The notes: generated by a model from the letters alone, not told the origin. A DNA stretch of 64,000 nt from Octopus sinensis (GCF_006345805.1 NC_042998.1:190526001-190590000); one strand, 5' to 3'. Positions 26,446 through 39,736 are shown, counted from the first letter of the stretch. Made by a program: numbers and translations.

Positions 26446-26673
26446 TATATATACATGCATACATACATATATACGTATGTATGCATATATATATATATAA
26501 TCAAAGTAAGCAACAAGGATATCCAGAGGTAATGCAGTGTACTGTAATGATCTGTAGATAAAATTAGGATACCTGGGTGTGCCTCTAGGCTTCGTCAGTC
26601 GTCAGAGAGTTTTATAAGATAGTCCAAGAAGTTCATAGGGCTAATTTATGCATATATATTTATATACATACTT

Positions 26674-26858
26674 TTTCACGTTCCCGTTCGTCGGACAGTT
26701 TTTGTTAAAAAAAACTGTCCGACGAACGGGAACGTGAAACTCAGAGTAACAGGTTTTGTTGAATTTCTGCTGCTTTGAAATAAAGCATATTACTCTACCC
26801 CTGGTATTTGAGTACTCTTTTTTCCCGCCTTGTTTCACATTTATGTGTTTACTCCGGT
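26674..26858 (+). mobile_element. Penelope pLTR-like element with inverted 5' duplication
   Basis: 30-bp perfect inverted repeat (26674-26703 / 26710-26739). Body matches 39790-39960 in reverse. Ends in (TA)n. Confidence 0.7.
26715..26752 (+). ncRNA. Minimal type I hammerhead motif, core CCGACGA (U4C)
   Basis: CTGT-CCGACGA-ACG(GGAA)CGT-GAAA-CTC(A)GAG-T-A-ACAG. All three stems pair; cleavage triplet GUA. Confidence 0.75.
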
Positions 26859-26907
26859 ATATATATATATAACTATATCTATCTGTCTGTCTATCTATCT
26901 ATCTATC

Positions 26908-26957
<50 letters not shown>

Positions 26958-26960
26958 ACA

Positions 26961-27295
26961 TGAAGGCACATGGTTCAGTGGTTAGAGCGTCGAGCTTACG
27001 ATCGTGAGGTTGTGAGTTCGAATCCCGTACCGGGCTGTGTGTTGTGTTCTTGAGCAAGACACTTTATTTCACGTTGCTCCAGTTCACTCAGCTGTAGAAA
27101 TGAGTTGCGACGTCACAGGTGCCAAGCTGTATCGGCCTTTGCCTTTCCCTTGGATAACACTGGTGGCCTGGAGAGGGGAGGCCGGCATGCATGGAAGACT
27201 GTTGGTCTTCCATAAATAAACTTGCTCGGATTTGTGCCTGGGAGGGTAACTTTCTAGGTGCAATCCAATGGTCAGTCATGACCGAAGGGGGTCTC
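26961..27295 (+). mobile_element. tRNA-derived SINE, CORE-like head B + tail Z
   Basis: TGGTTCAGTGGTTAG...GAGTTCGAATCC; head matches 3196 but the 3' half differs. Confidence 0.8.
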
Positions 27296-27334
27296 AGCGT
27301 ATATACATACACACACACACACACACACACACAC

Positions 27335-27367
<33 letters not shown>

Positions 27368-27687
27368 TTATTTATATGCATAAATTGGCCCTATGAATTT
27401 CTTGTTTTTGTTCAGTCTCCTTGTATGTCTCCATCGTTCTGTTTTTGTTACCAAATTTGACCCTCCGTAAATCCCAAACTTTATTTGGGTTTTTGCAGGA
27501 GCAACTGCCTTCGAATTCATATTGTCGTTCAGTACTCGAAATAAGGAGTAGATGGACAGCCGACAACAACTGATGAAGGATCGTCCTTTATGCTACTTGT
27601 CTTGTTATTCATTTGTTGTTGGCGTAGCTACTTATCTGTTTTCGTATTTCATGTTATTTACGGTTTGTGACGTCCTGTACCCATATA

Positions 27688-27742
<55 letters not shown>

Positions 27743-27787
27743 TTGTGTGTATGTGTTGTGTGTGTGTGCGTGCGTGTGCGTATATAT

Positions 27788-28104
27788 GTGTGGAGGCGTA
27801 ATAACCCAGTGGTTAGGATAGCGGACTCACGGTCGGGGGTTCGCGGTTTCGATTCCCAGACCGGGCGTTGTGTGTGTTTATTGAGCGATAACACCTAAAA
27901 AAGCTCCACGAAGTTTCGGCAGGGGGTGGTGGCGACCCCTGTTATACTCTTTCACCCCAACTTTCTCTCACTCTTTCTTCTTGTTTCTTGAGTGACGCTG
28001 CGATGGACTGGCATCCCGTCCAGCTAGGGGGAACACATACGCCACAAGAACCGGGAAACCGGGCCCACGAGCCTGGCTAGGGTTGAAAAAGGCACATAAA
28101 TAAA
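27788..28104 (+). mobile_element. tRNA-derived SINE, head A + tail Y
   Basis: Head matches 38257 and 63350; tail GCGATGGACTGGCATCCCGTCCAG...GAAACCGGG matches 44195-44493. Confidence 0.8.
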
Positions 28105-28852
28105 TATATATATATATGTATGTATATATATATATGTAAAACTCAGTATAGAAAGAGATCGACTCGGCCAAAATAAAAATATTAATCTTCCTTCTGACAG
28201 TCAGTACTAGACGAATACATACATGCATAAATACATACAAACATATATGCATGCATACATATAAGTACCAGCGATATATTTGGAGCCTGCACAATTTACT
28301 ATATCTCCTCTTTCTAAATGTGTTACCGTGTGCCAATATGAACAATCAATATTTCTGTAAGTATAGATGTCTGTAAGGATTTTTAAGAGAAAGGAAACCG
28401 AAAGAAATCGATATTATTAACATAATGCATTTGTTCCAGAAAATGTGGTTCCATTTTTGAATTATCTTTTCCACAAATATAAATTTTTAAAACTTTTTAT
28501 GCGCCTAAGATTATATATATATTTATCTAATACATACACATACAGACACATTGACATATGTATATACATATTCAAATTGACAAACGCATACACAACGTGC
28601 GCTTGTGTGTATGTGTGTGTGTGTGTGCGTGTGCGTATGTATTAAAAAATTCTGAACTACTTGTGTTATAGATAATTGCCGTTCCCATTCTGGGGCTGCT
28701 CTAAGCGATACTTGGAAATAATTTTCTGTGTAATACCGGACTACACATTATTTGGGACAACCTATCTACAAGTTGCTAAGCAGCTGCTAAATTCTCTGTG
28801 ACTCTAATGGGACATGAGCAGAGAGGAGGTTGTTACTGGTATTCAGTAAAAA

Positions 28853-29086
28853 TAGGGTGGCGAGCAGGCCGAAACGTTAGCACGCCGGGCGAAATGCTTA
28901 GCAGTATTTCGTCTGCCGTTACGCTCTGAGTTCAAATTCCGCCGAGGTCGACTTTGCCTTTCATCCTTTCGGAGTCGATAAATTAAGTACCAGTTACGCA
29001 CTGGAGTCAATGTAATCGACTTAATCCGTTTGTCTGTCCTTGTTTGTCCTCTCTGTGTTTAGCCCCTTGTGAGTAGTAAAGAAATA
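28853..29086 (+). mobile_element. Family 1 SINE monomer with 15-bp imperfect TSD
   Basis: GGTATTCAGTAAAAA (28838-28852) and GGTATCTAGTAAAAA (29087-29101). Confidence 0.85.
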
Positions 29087-29248
29087 GGTATCTAGTAAAA
29101 AGGAATTTGTGTATTGTTATGTCGGAAGTAAATATATGCTGAATCCACTTGGTGTAATTAGCAGCACGATCGAGCAGGAAGAGAGCAAAAGATAGACGTT
29201 TGAAACAAAACCTTGTGGTATGATTTATATTTGCTTTAGACCGCAATG

Positions 29249-29284
<36 letters not shown>

Positions 29285-29554
29285 CCATACACGCACAATG
29301 TATATGTGTGTTTATATATATATATAAAATTATAAATTAGGGTATCTACGAGATACCACCATGCTGAAAATAGCAGCCATGAACCGACTCTAAAACCACC
29401 TTAAGTTTTCATATAGCAACATGGAGAAAAGACAAAGAGACAAGATGAAACTAGTAAAAAATTACTGGATAATTCTAGGTCCCGGATTTCTGACTTTGCA
29501 TTTAGAAATGCTTTGCCTCGTCAGTAGAATATACTCAGAAAGAAACATAAATAC

Positions 29555-29918
29555 AAACGTATTAAGTCGGTCATATCGACCCCAGTGCGTAACTGGTACT
29601 TATTTAATCGACCCCGAAAGGATGAAAGGCAAAGTCGACCTCGACGGAATTTGAACTCAGAACGTAGCGGCAGACGAAATACCTATTTCTTTATTACCCA
29701 CAAGGGGCTAAACATAGAGGGGACAAACAAGGACAGACATAGGTATTAAGTCAATTACATCGACCCCAGTGCATAACTGGTACTTAATTTATCGACCCCG
29801 AAAGGATGAAAGGCAAAGTCGACCTCGGCGGAATTTGAACTCAGAACGTAAAGACAGACGAAATACCGCTAAGCATTTCGCCCGGTGTGGTAACGTTTCT
29901 GCTAGCTCGCCGCCTTTT
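29555..29918 (-). mobile_element. Family 1 SINE dimer (head + 2 bodies)
   Basis: Same junction GACGAAATACCTATTTCTTT at 29674-29693; 184-bp period. Confidence 0.85.
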
Positions 29919-31681
29919 ATGTATTATATCTATTACATACGAAAATTGCATATGTGACATCCAGTTACTACTGTAGAGTCTCCTACATCAAATAACAAAG
30001 TTGTTCAGAACACATAAAATTTATGAATCTTTCGTTAATCTTCAGCTCATTGTTTCTATTATATCCTTAAATCCTCGTCTCGTTTTTACGTTGAATTAGA
30101 GAAATCTCGTGTTAGATTAGCAATCTTACCATATAAACATCCAAAATTTCAGAAGACAATATTTGCAACGATGAATTTAATCCATTGTTGAATCAATCAC
30201 GTTATATAAAGCGGACCCTCTGCGGGGTAACCCACCCAACAAAACACAAAAAACCCCACCTCCCTCCCAAAATAAACTCTTTCTCACTGATATTTAAAAT
30301 TACACATGTTCATAAATATGGTTTAGGGAACAGCTTGAAATCTGAGAGTCTAATGCTGAACAGAAAGGGATTAATGTTTTTGCTGAATTACAGATTAAGA
30401 GGAAGATCGATTGGCAATATATTGAAGTGATCTAGACAAACCTTGATGTGCAAGTCTTAAAACTGACAGTTGTTCAGCAGTTTGATTAGAATTCTAAGGA
30501 ATGTGGGAGTAACTAAGCGGAATACCATCTATCTAGTCTCTGAACAATTAAACATCGAATCAAATATATACGTACGATAGAAATATAGGAATATCTTAAG
30601 GAAATTATTTCTATAGAGTAATTTGTTTCAAGACGTAGGCAGTTATGAGCAGTGAACAATAAACATAGGATCAATAAAGTATTCGTAGCAAGCTTCTTAC
30701 TGTCCTTTAATTATATTTCTGTAATATAAATCTTTGACATTTCGACTGAAGTTGAAATAATATGTGTTTCTACAATAGTTTTAATACAAGCTGTCCGATA
30801 TATTGTTATTTATTTGTTGACTGAATGAACACATGTCCTACATGAAGTTAGAGAACAGAGTTGAAACAACTTTTTTGTTTTTAGTCTCAGTTTTTTGTTT
30901 TTTTACATATACATTTTTTTTTCTGTCTGCTTGTCTTGTTTTTAAAAAAGATTTCTTTCCATCATTGAGTCTCTTTTAAAAATCAATGAATGAACTTTCC
31001 CACACTAACTGTTGAGAAAGACTAATCAATAGTTTAAGTCGAAATCTGTAGAAAAACCGCATCTAGATAAGTTGACGAGTGTCTTGGCACAGTTAGCTGT
31101 GTACAATGACGTTATAAAACTTTCTCCTGCTAACACGCACCACTACTAATTGTTTTCATCTGTTTTACATACATATATATATTTTTCTAAACAAAAATTC
31201 TCGGGCCCTCATAAGGTTGAAATTAGAATGGTTTTCAACAAGTGTATAATGATTAGAGGAGGGGTTACTCTTAGCTGCCAGCTGCAACAGAGGAGGAGAG
31301 CTCTGGCCTGCCAGTTTCAATTCTTTTTGACGAAAAAGTTACTCGATGTCCAAATTCTATTTGGCAAAGGAAGGCTTAAACCGACATCCTTTTGGCAAAA
31401 GAAAGAATATATAAATAGACGATTCTTTCATATCCCACTTTCTTGCGTCTACTTAACTATCACTTCATCATGGTTGCCAATGCCCAAGTCTGTGTTGATT
31501 TTTGTCAATGAATTTAGGTATTAAAAAAATTCAAAAGTCGTACTATTTGAAAGTTTTTTTTTTTTTTACTTATACTACAACGTTTGTTTACACTCTACCA
31601 AACATTTATATAGCTTATTCGTTTGCGAGCCTTTAAGCAAAGACAGATGTTTTTGCAGCTGACGTTATTAAATATCGACAA

Positions 31682-31980
31682 CTAGCAGTATCGCCCGGCG
31701 TTGCTCGGGTTTGTAAGGGAAATAACTATATAAGCATTTTTAGAGAGTTACTTCCCTTATATAATAGCAAAAAAATGCATTAAAAATGGAAAAAAATGAT
31801 GGGAAATTTTTTTTTAAATCGTAGACTCATCGTAGACGCGCGCTAATGCCCAGAAGGGCTCGATATGAATCACGACTACAATATACCCGGTTTTGGTTAA
31901 ACTGCACCGCAAAATGTGGGAGTAGTTAGGAATCTAAATCGTAGGAGACAGATACACAACCTCACTTTTATATATAAAGA
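31682..31980 (-). mobile_element. Non-autonomous Helitron
   Basis: Minus strand starts A|TCTTTATATATAAAAG and ends CCCGAGCAACGCCGGG-CGATACTG-CTAG|T: 3' hairpin, A/T target, no TSD. Confidence 0.85.
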
Positions 31981-31989
31981 TAATACAAA

Positions 31990-32110
31990 TAATAAGAATA
32001 ATAACAATAATAAGAAATAAGTGGAAATTTTTACCGGTGAGTGTGTTACATTATAAGGCACAAAAAGAAAATGACTCTTCCCAGACACAACAGAACAATA
32101 ATACAGTAAT
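31990..32110 (+). mobile_element. Dispersed repeat, also present as both arms of the inverted repeat at 59305-59552
   Basis: AGAAATAAGTGGAAATTTT(T)ACCGGTGAGTGTGTT...CCCAGACA is shared. Confidence 0.75.
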
Positions 32111-32591
32111 ACAACTAGGTTAACACACAAAAGTTTAAGCAAGATTCAAAGAAAAATGTATTTCGACTTCAGAAGCGTTGATAAAAATAGTATAGCTATA
32201 TTCAAACCGAATAAAAGTTTATATCAGGTCTTTATATATTTCGCGCAAGATTCGTGCATTGAGATATCAACGCACTTTGGGAAAGTCAATCTGGAGAAAA
32301 AACAACAACAAAAGAAACGAAAAAGACACAATCGATACAAATACTTTTAAAAATTCTTTTTTTTATTGCTAATGACTTTAATTATTTTTGTTACTCAAAG
32401 GCTTTCGTCAACTAGCGGTGGCCTTTCCTATGCCCTCCTCTGTCTGTAAACATTTTCCCTCTTCGTTGTGGATGGTATCTGAGTATGTGCGTGTGTGTCT
32501 TGTTTTAACTTGGGTAGTGGTGCTTTGTATGTGCTTTCACTTTTGTTTCTGGCTTCTTTAATTTTGATACGCACACGTATGGATGCTTGTT

Positions 32592-32972
32592 TGGCTGTGT
32601 GGTAAGTAGCTTGCTTACCAACCACATGGTCCCAGATTCGGTCCCACTGCGTGGCACCTTGGGCAAGTGTCTTCTACTATAGCCTCGGGCTGACCAAAGC
32701 CTTGTGAGTGGATTTGGTAGACGGAAACTGGAAGAAGCCCGTCCGTCGTATATGTATATGTTTGTGTGTCTGTTTGTTCCCCCAGCATCGCTTGACATCC
32801 AGTGCTGGTATGCTCTTGTCCCCGTAACTTATTCTATCGGTCTCAAAAGAGACCGATAGAATAAGTACTAGACTTACAAAGAATAAGCTCTGGGGTCGAT
32901 TTGCTCAACTATAAAGGCGGTGCTCCAGCATTGCCGCAGTCAAATGACTGAAACAAGTAAAAGAGTAAAAGA

Positions 32973-32973
<1 letters not shown>
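32592..32973 (+). mobile_element. Family 3 SINE
   Basis: Matches 17634-18019. Confidence 0.85.
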
Positions 32974-33033
<60 letters not shown>

Positions 33034-33059
33034 CACCCACACACATACATGCATACGTA

Positions 33060-33162
33060 CACGAGGGAGTGCTGAAAAGTTCCTGGCTTTAGGAGAGTTG
33101 CGAAAGGCCTGGTTGGAGGTCCACACTTCCGAGTTCTTTTACAGGGTTTAGAAAAACTGAAG
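33060..33162. mobile_element. Mariner-type MITE end fragment
   Basis: ACGAGGGAGTGCTGAAAAGTTCCTGGCTTT is TIR-like; reverse-homologous to 57080-57195. Confidence 0.55.
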
Positions 33163-33163
33163 A

Positions 33164-33493
33164 ATCGCGGTTTCGATTCCAAGACCGGGTGTTGCGAGTA
33201 TTTATTGAGGGAAAACACCTAAACTTCCATGAGGCTCCGACAGGGTGTGGTGGCGAACCCAGCTGTACTCTTTCACCGCAACTTTCTCTCACTCTTACTT
33301 CCTGTTTCTGTTGCATCTGTATTTCAAAGGGCCAGCCTTGTCACATACTGTGTCATGCTGAATCTCCCGAAAACTACGTTAAGGGTACACGTGTCTGTGG
33401 AGTGCTCAGCCACTTACACGTTAATTTCACGAGCAGGCTGTTCCGTTGATCGGATCAACTGGAACCCTCGTCGTCGTAACTGACAGAGTGCCA
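33164..33493 (+). mobile_element. 5'-truncated SINE, head A + tail X
   Basis: Matches 38257-38647. Confidence 0.8.
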
Positions 33494-34456
33494 CGATAGA
33501 AGCTGTACTGGTTGTCATTAAAGAGAGAGTGAGACAGAGAGAGACAGAGGGAGAAAGAGAGAGCGAGAGTGGGAGAGAGAGAGGGAGAGAGTGGGAGAGA
33601 GATTGAGAAAGAGCGAGAAATGTTGGGGAACTTTGTTATTATTGGCTGTCGTAATTACGATTGAGATATTGGAAGGAATATACATACATATACACACATA
33701 TGAATGTCTGTGCTTGTGTGTGTATGTGTGTGTGTGTGTACGTGCTTGTGTTCGTGTGTAAGTGCTTGTGTTCGTTTGCATGTGTGTGTGTATCTCCAAG
33801 GTGTTTGCAAAAAAAGGTAAAGTAACTGAAAGAGACGTATGGCTACAACTGCTTACCGTTAAAAAAAAATACTAGATTGAGAGCAATGTCTTTAAGGCTG
33901 GAATATATGTCGAGTAGAAATGCAATAGACACAGGCTTTAATAGAGAAACAACAGCATGGTACCATTTGTAGGGAAAAAAATTGAATGTAAACAGGAAAA
34001 TGATTGAGTGTTGTTACAATACCGGAGAATCAACTATTAGAAATGATAGGAAAAGACTGATGCGTGGAAAATAAATAGCATGTTCCCTGATTCGGAAAGC
34101 TATTTTTATTTCAAATGTATCAGTTTCAACATAAATGAACAATCTAGAGCCAGAATAAATTAGGTGAGCTGCAGAACCAACAGAGATGAGCTAACTTTAA
34201 ATAAAAATACTAGGAAAAGGAGATAGTGTAACAACAGTACTTATAAAGGTATTTTAATCACACATTAACGATTAGTGGTTCACTAGGGTCATTTTCAAAG
34301 ACATCGTTATTTTGTGGTGTCATAGAGAAGTCAGACTGATTGAGTGCACTTTTTTCCCGGTTCTCTTCACGTTTTACCATTCACCATCGTTTTCTGTCGC
34401 CAATGTTAAAATATTATCAGAAAACAAAATATAAAACTATATGTTTACCAAATACA

Positions 34457-34685
34457 CGGCGAGCTGGCAGACACGTTAGCGCGCCGGGCGAAATGCTTAG
34501 CGGTATTTCGTGTGTCGTTACGTTCTGAGTTCAAATTCCGCTGAGGTCGACTTTGCCTTTCATCCTTTCGGGGTCGAAAAATAAAGTACCAGTTACGCTC
34601 TGGGGTCGATGTAATCGACTTAATCCGTTTGTCTGTCCTTGTTTGTCCCCTCTATGTTTATCGCCTTGAGGGCAATAAAGAAATA
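34457..34685 (+). mobile_element. Family 1 SINE monomer
   Basis: Head GGCGAGCTGGCAG; tail GGCAATAAAGAAATA. Confidence 0.85.
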
Positions 34686-37433
34686 TATATTCTTTATAAT
34701 TGTAAATTTCAAGTTTCTATTAAGATTCCTTTTGTAAACTCCCTCTGCATGCTGAATTTTTTTTTCTATTAAAATTCGATGTTATATATTTTTCTATTTC
34801 TTTTCAGATGTTTGAAAACAAGGTTCTATCCGAAAATTGTATAAGTTTCTTTTTCATATTCATCATGTGATTATTATAAGTTCCAGCAGCAGTGGAAATT
34901 GTGTGAGTTTAAATTCGTCTCGAGATGAACCGCTATATAGCCACCTTTGCTGCAAGAGAGAATAACCAACATAAACTAAAACTACATTAATCGTGACTTG
35001 TAATAGCTAGAATATTTTATAATAACCTTTCTCACAAAATACAAGATAATAGTACAAAATAAACCCCCAATTTCCAAAACAAAAGTTCTTGTAGTTAAGA
35101 AATATAGTAGCATATTTTTGTTATAGTTAAGAAGACACAATCAAAGTTGATGAAGTAAACCATGACATTTTAATTTGTTTAAATGGCATTATTCGTAATG
35201 GGAAAAATAATTTTAAAAATGACTAATTATGACCAAAAGAGGAAGGGGAAACAACTTTACTGAGACTAAATGACTAGCAGTATTTCATGTTTTCTTTCAA
35301 CGCATTCTACTAAAGACATCTTTGTCATTCATCTCGTCATGAACAATAAAATGAGCAAGATTATTATTGCTTAGCCCTAGGTCAATATTAATTCAGCACA
35401 CCTATGACAATGTCGTTCCAACCGTGACTATCACGTTAGTTTTTAAGATATACACTCTCTAGTATTATCTTTCTTTTAATACGGTATGGTGTAATTTCAG
35501 TGATATTTGGCTACTATTTCTAGCTTGTCAAACAACCTCATGGAAGCTCCATTGAAAAAAGGAAACACATAAAATGTGTACGGGATTTGGTGTCTGTTAG
35601 TCGATTCAACCAATAACCTCACTGTTGTATAACTTTACAGTCCTTTACCATTGTGTGAAATTAATAATTTTCTTTTAACAAATTATATATTAATTGTATA
35701 TTGTAATCTTTGTAACACTATAGTGAAATGATAACAGTAAAAACTATCCCAGGCGCGAGGTTAAATGTTTGTCGGCTTTCACAGTGCTATATAAAGAAAT
35801 TAGTTTTTTTCAAGCCAATTCAATCGTATAGCCAGCCAACTTACTTGCAGTATTACCAAGTTTATATTAAATTGAGCCAACCTCGATTCTTTTAATTACA
35901 TTTAACACTTGGCTGGCCTTTCATGATATATGCTTCATTCCGTGTAATTATGTCTTTCTAGACCCCGCTAGCATTTGGCAATCAATTTCTGTTTCCTTCC
36001 GGAGTCTTTTGGTCATGTATTTTTATTTTAGTTCACAATACATTTGTGCAACTTATAGTTCTTTTTTTATTTTTGTATAATTAAAACAAATTTGGAAATC
36101 ATTTTTCATCTGTTGTGTTAGTATTTTCATGACTGAATACACATTAATTCATATATCAATACATATCTGTTTCTAAGCGATAAAAACATATGTATTTACA
36201 TGGTTAGCTATTTTCTTTTGAGATCATTGAATGCTTGATTATCACGAAAGAAAATAATCTATATCCAAGCTTGCGAGCCAACAAAGGAGCTTCGACCCAG
36301 TCGCTTGACCTACTAGAAATAACAGCTAAATTTCCTTAAAATCTCACCGTGAAGTTTCAAATAAGTTAGGAACCCAATGGATAATAGAGTCCTAGATATG
36401 TGCTTAAAAAGTCGGTGCGCTCATGACTAGAATGTCTTTGATCATAGATCTGTTGACTTAGCCGACCTAGGGCTAAATTACAACAGCAACAACTTGTAGT
36501 TATGTAAGCTTACGGCAGAGATTCTATGAAGTTGCTCAACCTGTTAAAAATAGCAGCCAAAGCTTCCTGAGATCACACCGATTATGCTGTACTTGACACA
36601 CTATTCATGAAAAAATGAGAGATGGTCAGGGCTGGAACGGATTTAGTAATAGGTCTTCTAGATCAGGGTTGGAGCTCAGCAACAACAGCAAAGAAGGGAA
36701 CTGGGTCTTTCGGAGAATTTAATCACATCTAAAGTCTTAAAAAGATATAAATGGATACATGAGATTATGTAGTTCTGAATATCTCTCAAAAGATGGGATG
36801 GTCATGGATGGAAAGCTTCTGAGTACATCCTACCTCGATGAAGCTTGAGCATGGTTAAATGATGATTTCTTACGTAATATTAATGCCTAAAATTTGGGTG
36901 ATAAATATAGTAGTGTATACAGAGTGGTCCTTATTTTATCGAGACCGGAAGAATGAAATCGGAATTCAAATTGTTGCAACCCCTTTTTTGCATTCTTCAA
37001 CTTTATTCGCAGCCTCCTCATCTCTTATCTCTTGCTTTTCTCATCTCTTGGAAGCCAAGCTCTGCTCGAATAGGCAGACTCACTTCTACCAGTAGAATCT
37101 ACATTTATCTTATGTGACGAATTTCATTAAGAATTCATTGCCAATTAAAAAACATATCCTATATTCTGTCAGGCTCCGTAATCTCTTAATTACGTTATCT
37201 TGCAATTGATTAATTTATCCTTAAGCTACAAAACTATGTTTGTTTTATAATGAAAGAAAAATATTACGCAGTCTATCATCGTTTATCGAGAAACTTATTT
37301 AAAGTACACGGAGACATCGCTTATTCAGATCCTTTGTATTACTATTTAGCTCTTTAACTCTTATATTCTTAAACTGTAAGTATATCAGTAACAGGTTACA
37401 TCGGGCCTTTAAACATTGTTTCACGGGTATTCT

Positions 37434-37792
37434 TGGCGGTTGGATGGAACCTACACTCGCCTCCTTATGAGAGCTCAAAATCTCTCGTGAAAGCGCCATC
37501 CAACCAAAATGCAAATATATGGGAAACTACCACCTGTGTCATCTCTTGTGAAAGGTAGGAGAGTCCAGTTTGCTGGACATGTTGTAGAGCTGAAAAAGAA
37601 GTAATTTCTACTTCTCCTTGGAAGCCATCTACTCGCAATACCAGAGGGCTCACACTCTCCTACCCTGATGTAATCTCCAGGGATACAGGCATCCAGCAAC
37701 AGGACCTCCGTAATGCCATGATGGACCGTGAAGTCTGGCGTAGCATGGTAAATTCCATTGTCTCAACCACAGTCGAACAATGATGATGATGA
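37434..37792 (+). mobile_element. RTE-group LINE 3' end with (ATG)n tail
   Basis: Frameshifted RLDGTYTRLLMRAQNLS.KRHPTK.QIYGKLPPVSSLVKGRRVQFAGH...DREVWRSMV, then ATGATGATG. Confidence 0.75.
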
Positions 37793-38256
37793 TATGTATG
37801 TTATCAGTAACCTTCCTATCATTACAAGATATACTTCGAACATAATCACAAAGACAGTTTTAGAGGAAAGAGTTGAATACATCAACTTCAGTATTTGATT
37901 AGTATTTGAGTAAACGGTTGACCTACTATAAATAGCCATCAAATCTCCATCAAATTACTTTGCTTCTGTCTTAATACAAGAATAATTCGATGTCTTTCTA
38001 GACATACCGTGTCTGTATCAAAGACAAAATGGTGACAGCTGGAAGACCTTATATCACAAAGCCACTCAATCAAAGTTGACTTGGCTTAAGTAATATCAAC
38101 GACTGCAACAGAATCAATTTTACTGAAAGATAAAAAAGCGAACTTGATATTCATGAGATTCGAATTCAGAAGCTAAAAACACCGTAAGACATTTTTTCCA
38201 AGGTTGCAGCGGGTTTTCCCACTTCGCTGTTTCTCTTGACTATAATAACACCAGTT

Positions 38257-38647
38257 GTGGAGGCGCAATGGCCCAGTGGTTAGGGCAGCGGACTCGCGAT
38301 CATAGGATCGCGGTTTCGATTCCCAGAATGGGCGTTGTGAGTGTTTATTGAGCGAAAACACCTAAAAACTACACAAGGCTCCGGCAGGGGATGGTGGTGA
38401 TCCCTGCTGTACTCTTTCACCACAACTTTCTCTCACTCTTACTTCCTGTTTCTGTTGTACTTGTATTTCAAAGGGCCGGCCTTGTCACTCTCTGTGTCAC
38501 GCTGAATATCCCTGAGAACTACGTTAAAAGTACACGTGTCTGTGGAGTGCTCAGCCACTTACATGTTAATTTCACGAGCAGGCTGTTCGGTTGATTCGGA
38601 TCAACCGGAACCCTCGTCGTCGTAACCGACGGAGTGAAGAGAGAGAG
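38257..38647 (+). mobile_element. SINE, head A + tail X, 13-bp TSD
   Basis: AATAACACCAGTT at 38244-38256 and 38648-38660; A and B boxes present. Confidence 0.9.
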
Positions 38648-39091
38648 AATAACACCAGTTAACCACTACATAAGTTCATTTAAGGAGTAGTTAATTTTCT
38701 GATCTTAATCTCTGATCTACAAAACACAACTCTATTAATACCAATGTTAGACTATTAAATTGATATCCGATAGCTGTCGCTCTAATATCGCTAATTAGAA
38801 ACAATTTCGAAGTGCGATAATGATGCTACAATTATTAGGTTATAGTTTTCATGGAATAGGAAATGAAAACAAAATTATTTATGAAATGTTGGCTAAATCA
38901 AGCAAAGATATCATAAGCTGTGTATCCTGAATAATAAATGAAATAATCATAGACACAGACACACACAGACACACACATACACAGACGCGCGCGCATGTGT
39001 TTGTGCCTGTATATGATATATACTTATATATCTATAATATAGAATGCATATATATAAACACAGTATATATATACATACATGCATAGATATA

Positions 39092-39605
39092 CAATTAAGG
39101 GCTCCTAAATAAAGATGCCGACTGCTGGGAACACAAACAGGGGATGAATTTATCGAGAGTGAAAATCAAAAACGTTTACCGATAACTTTAACAACTCGTA
39201 CCACGGTTTCTGCTTCTTTCTAGCAAAACACAGAATATGTTTGCTAAGGCCAGCTTCATCAGCGAGTCGCCTGAATTTAATCGAGGTCTGCAGCGATGTG
39301 GGACTATGTGTTAAACCCGACTACTAGCAGATCTTAACTTTTCAAATCTCAGCGCAGACGCAAAATTTACACGGGCATGCCGGGAAGAATTTTACGAATA
39401 AATTCATCATGTAGTATGCGAATATAAACAAGAAGGGTAGTAATATAATTTACTACCAGGTGCCCAGCACAAAAGACGAATTAGTCGTAAAACAAAAATA
39501 TTATTCATATAGAAAAATATTATTCATTTGATTTTCACTCTCGATAAATTCATCCCCTGTTTGTGTTCCCAGCACTCGGCATCTTTATTTAGGAGCCCTT
39601 AATTG
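39092..39605. mobile_element. 514-bp element with 79-bp TIRs between TA dinucleotides (MITE-like)
   Basis: 39092-39170 is the reverse complement of 39527-39605 with one mismatch. Confidence 0.8.
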
Positions 39606-39736
39606 TATAACTACATGAATAATATTTTTCTATATGAATAATATTTTTGTCTTACGACTAATTCGTCTTTTGTGCTGGGCACCTGGTAGTAAATTATATT
39701 ACTACCCTTCTTGTTTATATTCGCATACATGCATAG

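Noticed and set aside
31150-31524. 124-aa plus-strand ORF
   Set aside because: Non-ATG start, no recognisable domain and weak splice signals.
39239-39262. CTGATGA-A-GCT(GGCCTT)AGC-AAAC on minus as a hammerhead
   Set aside because: The G of GAAA is missing and no stem I partner was found; at most a decayed remnant.
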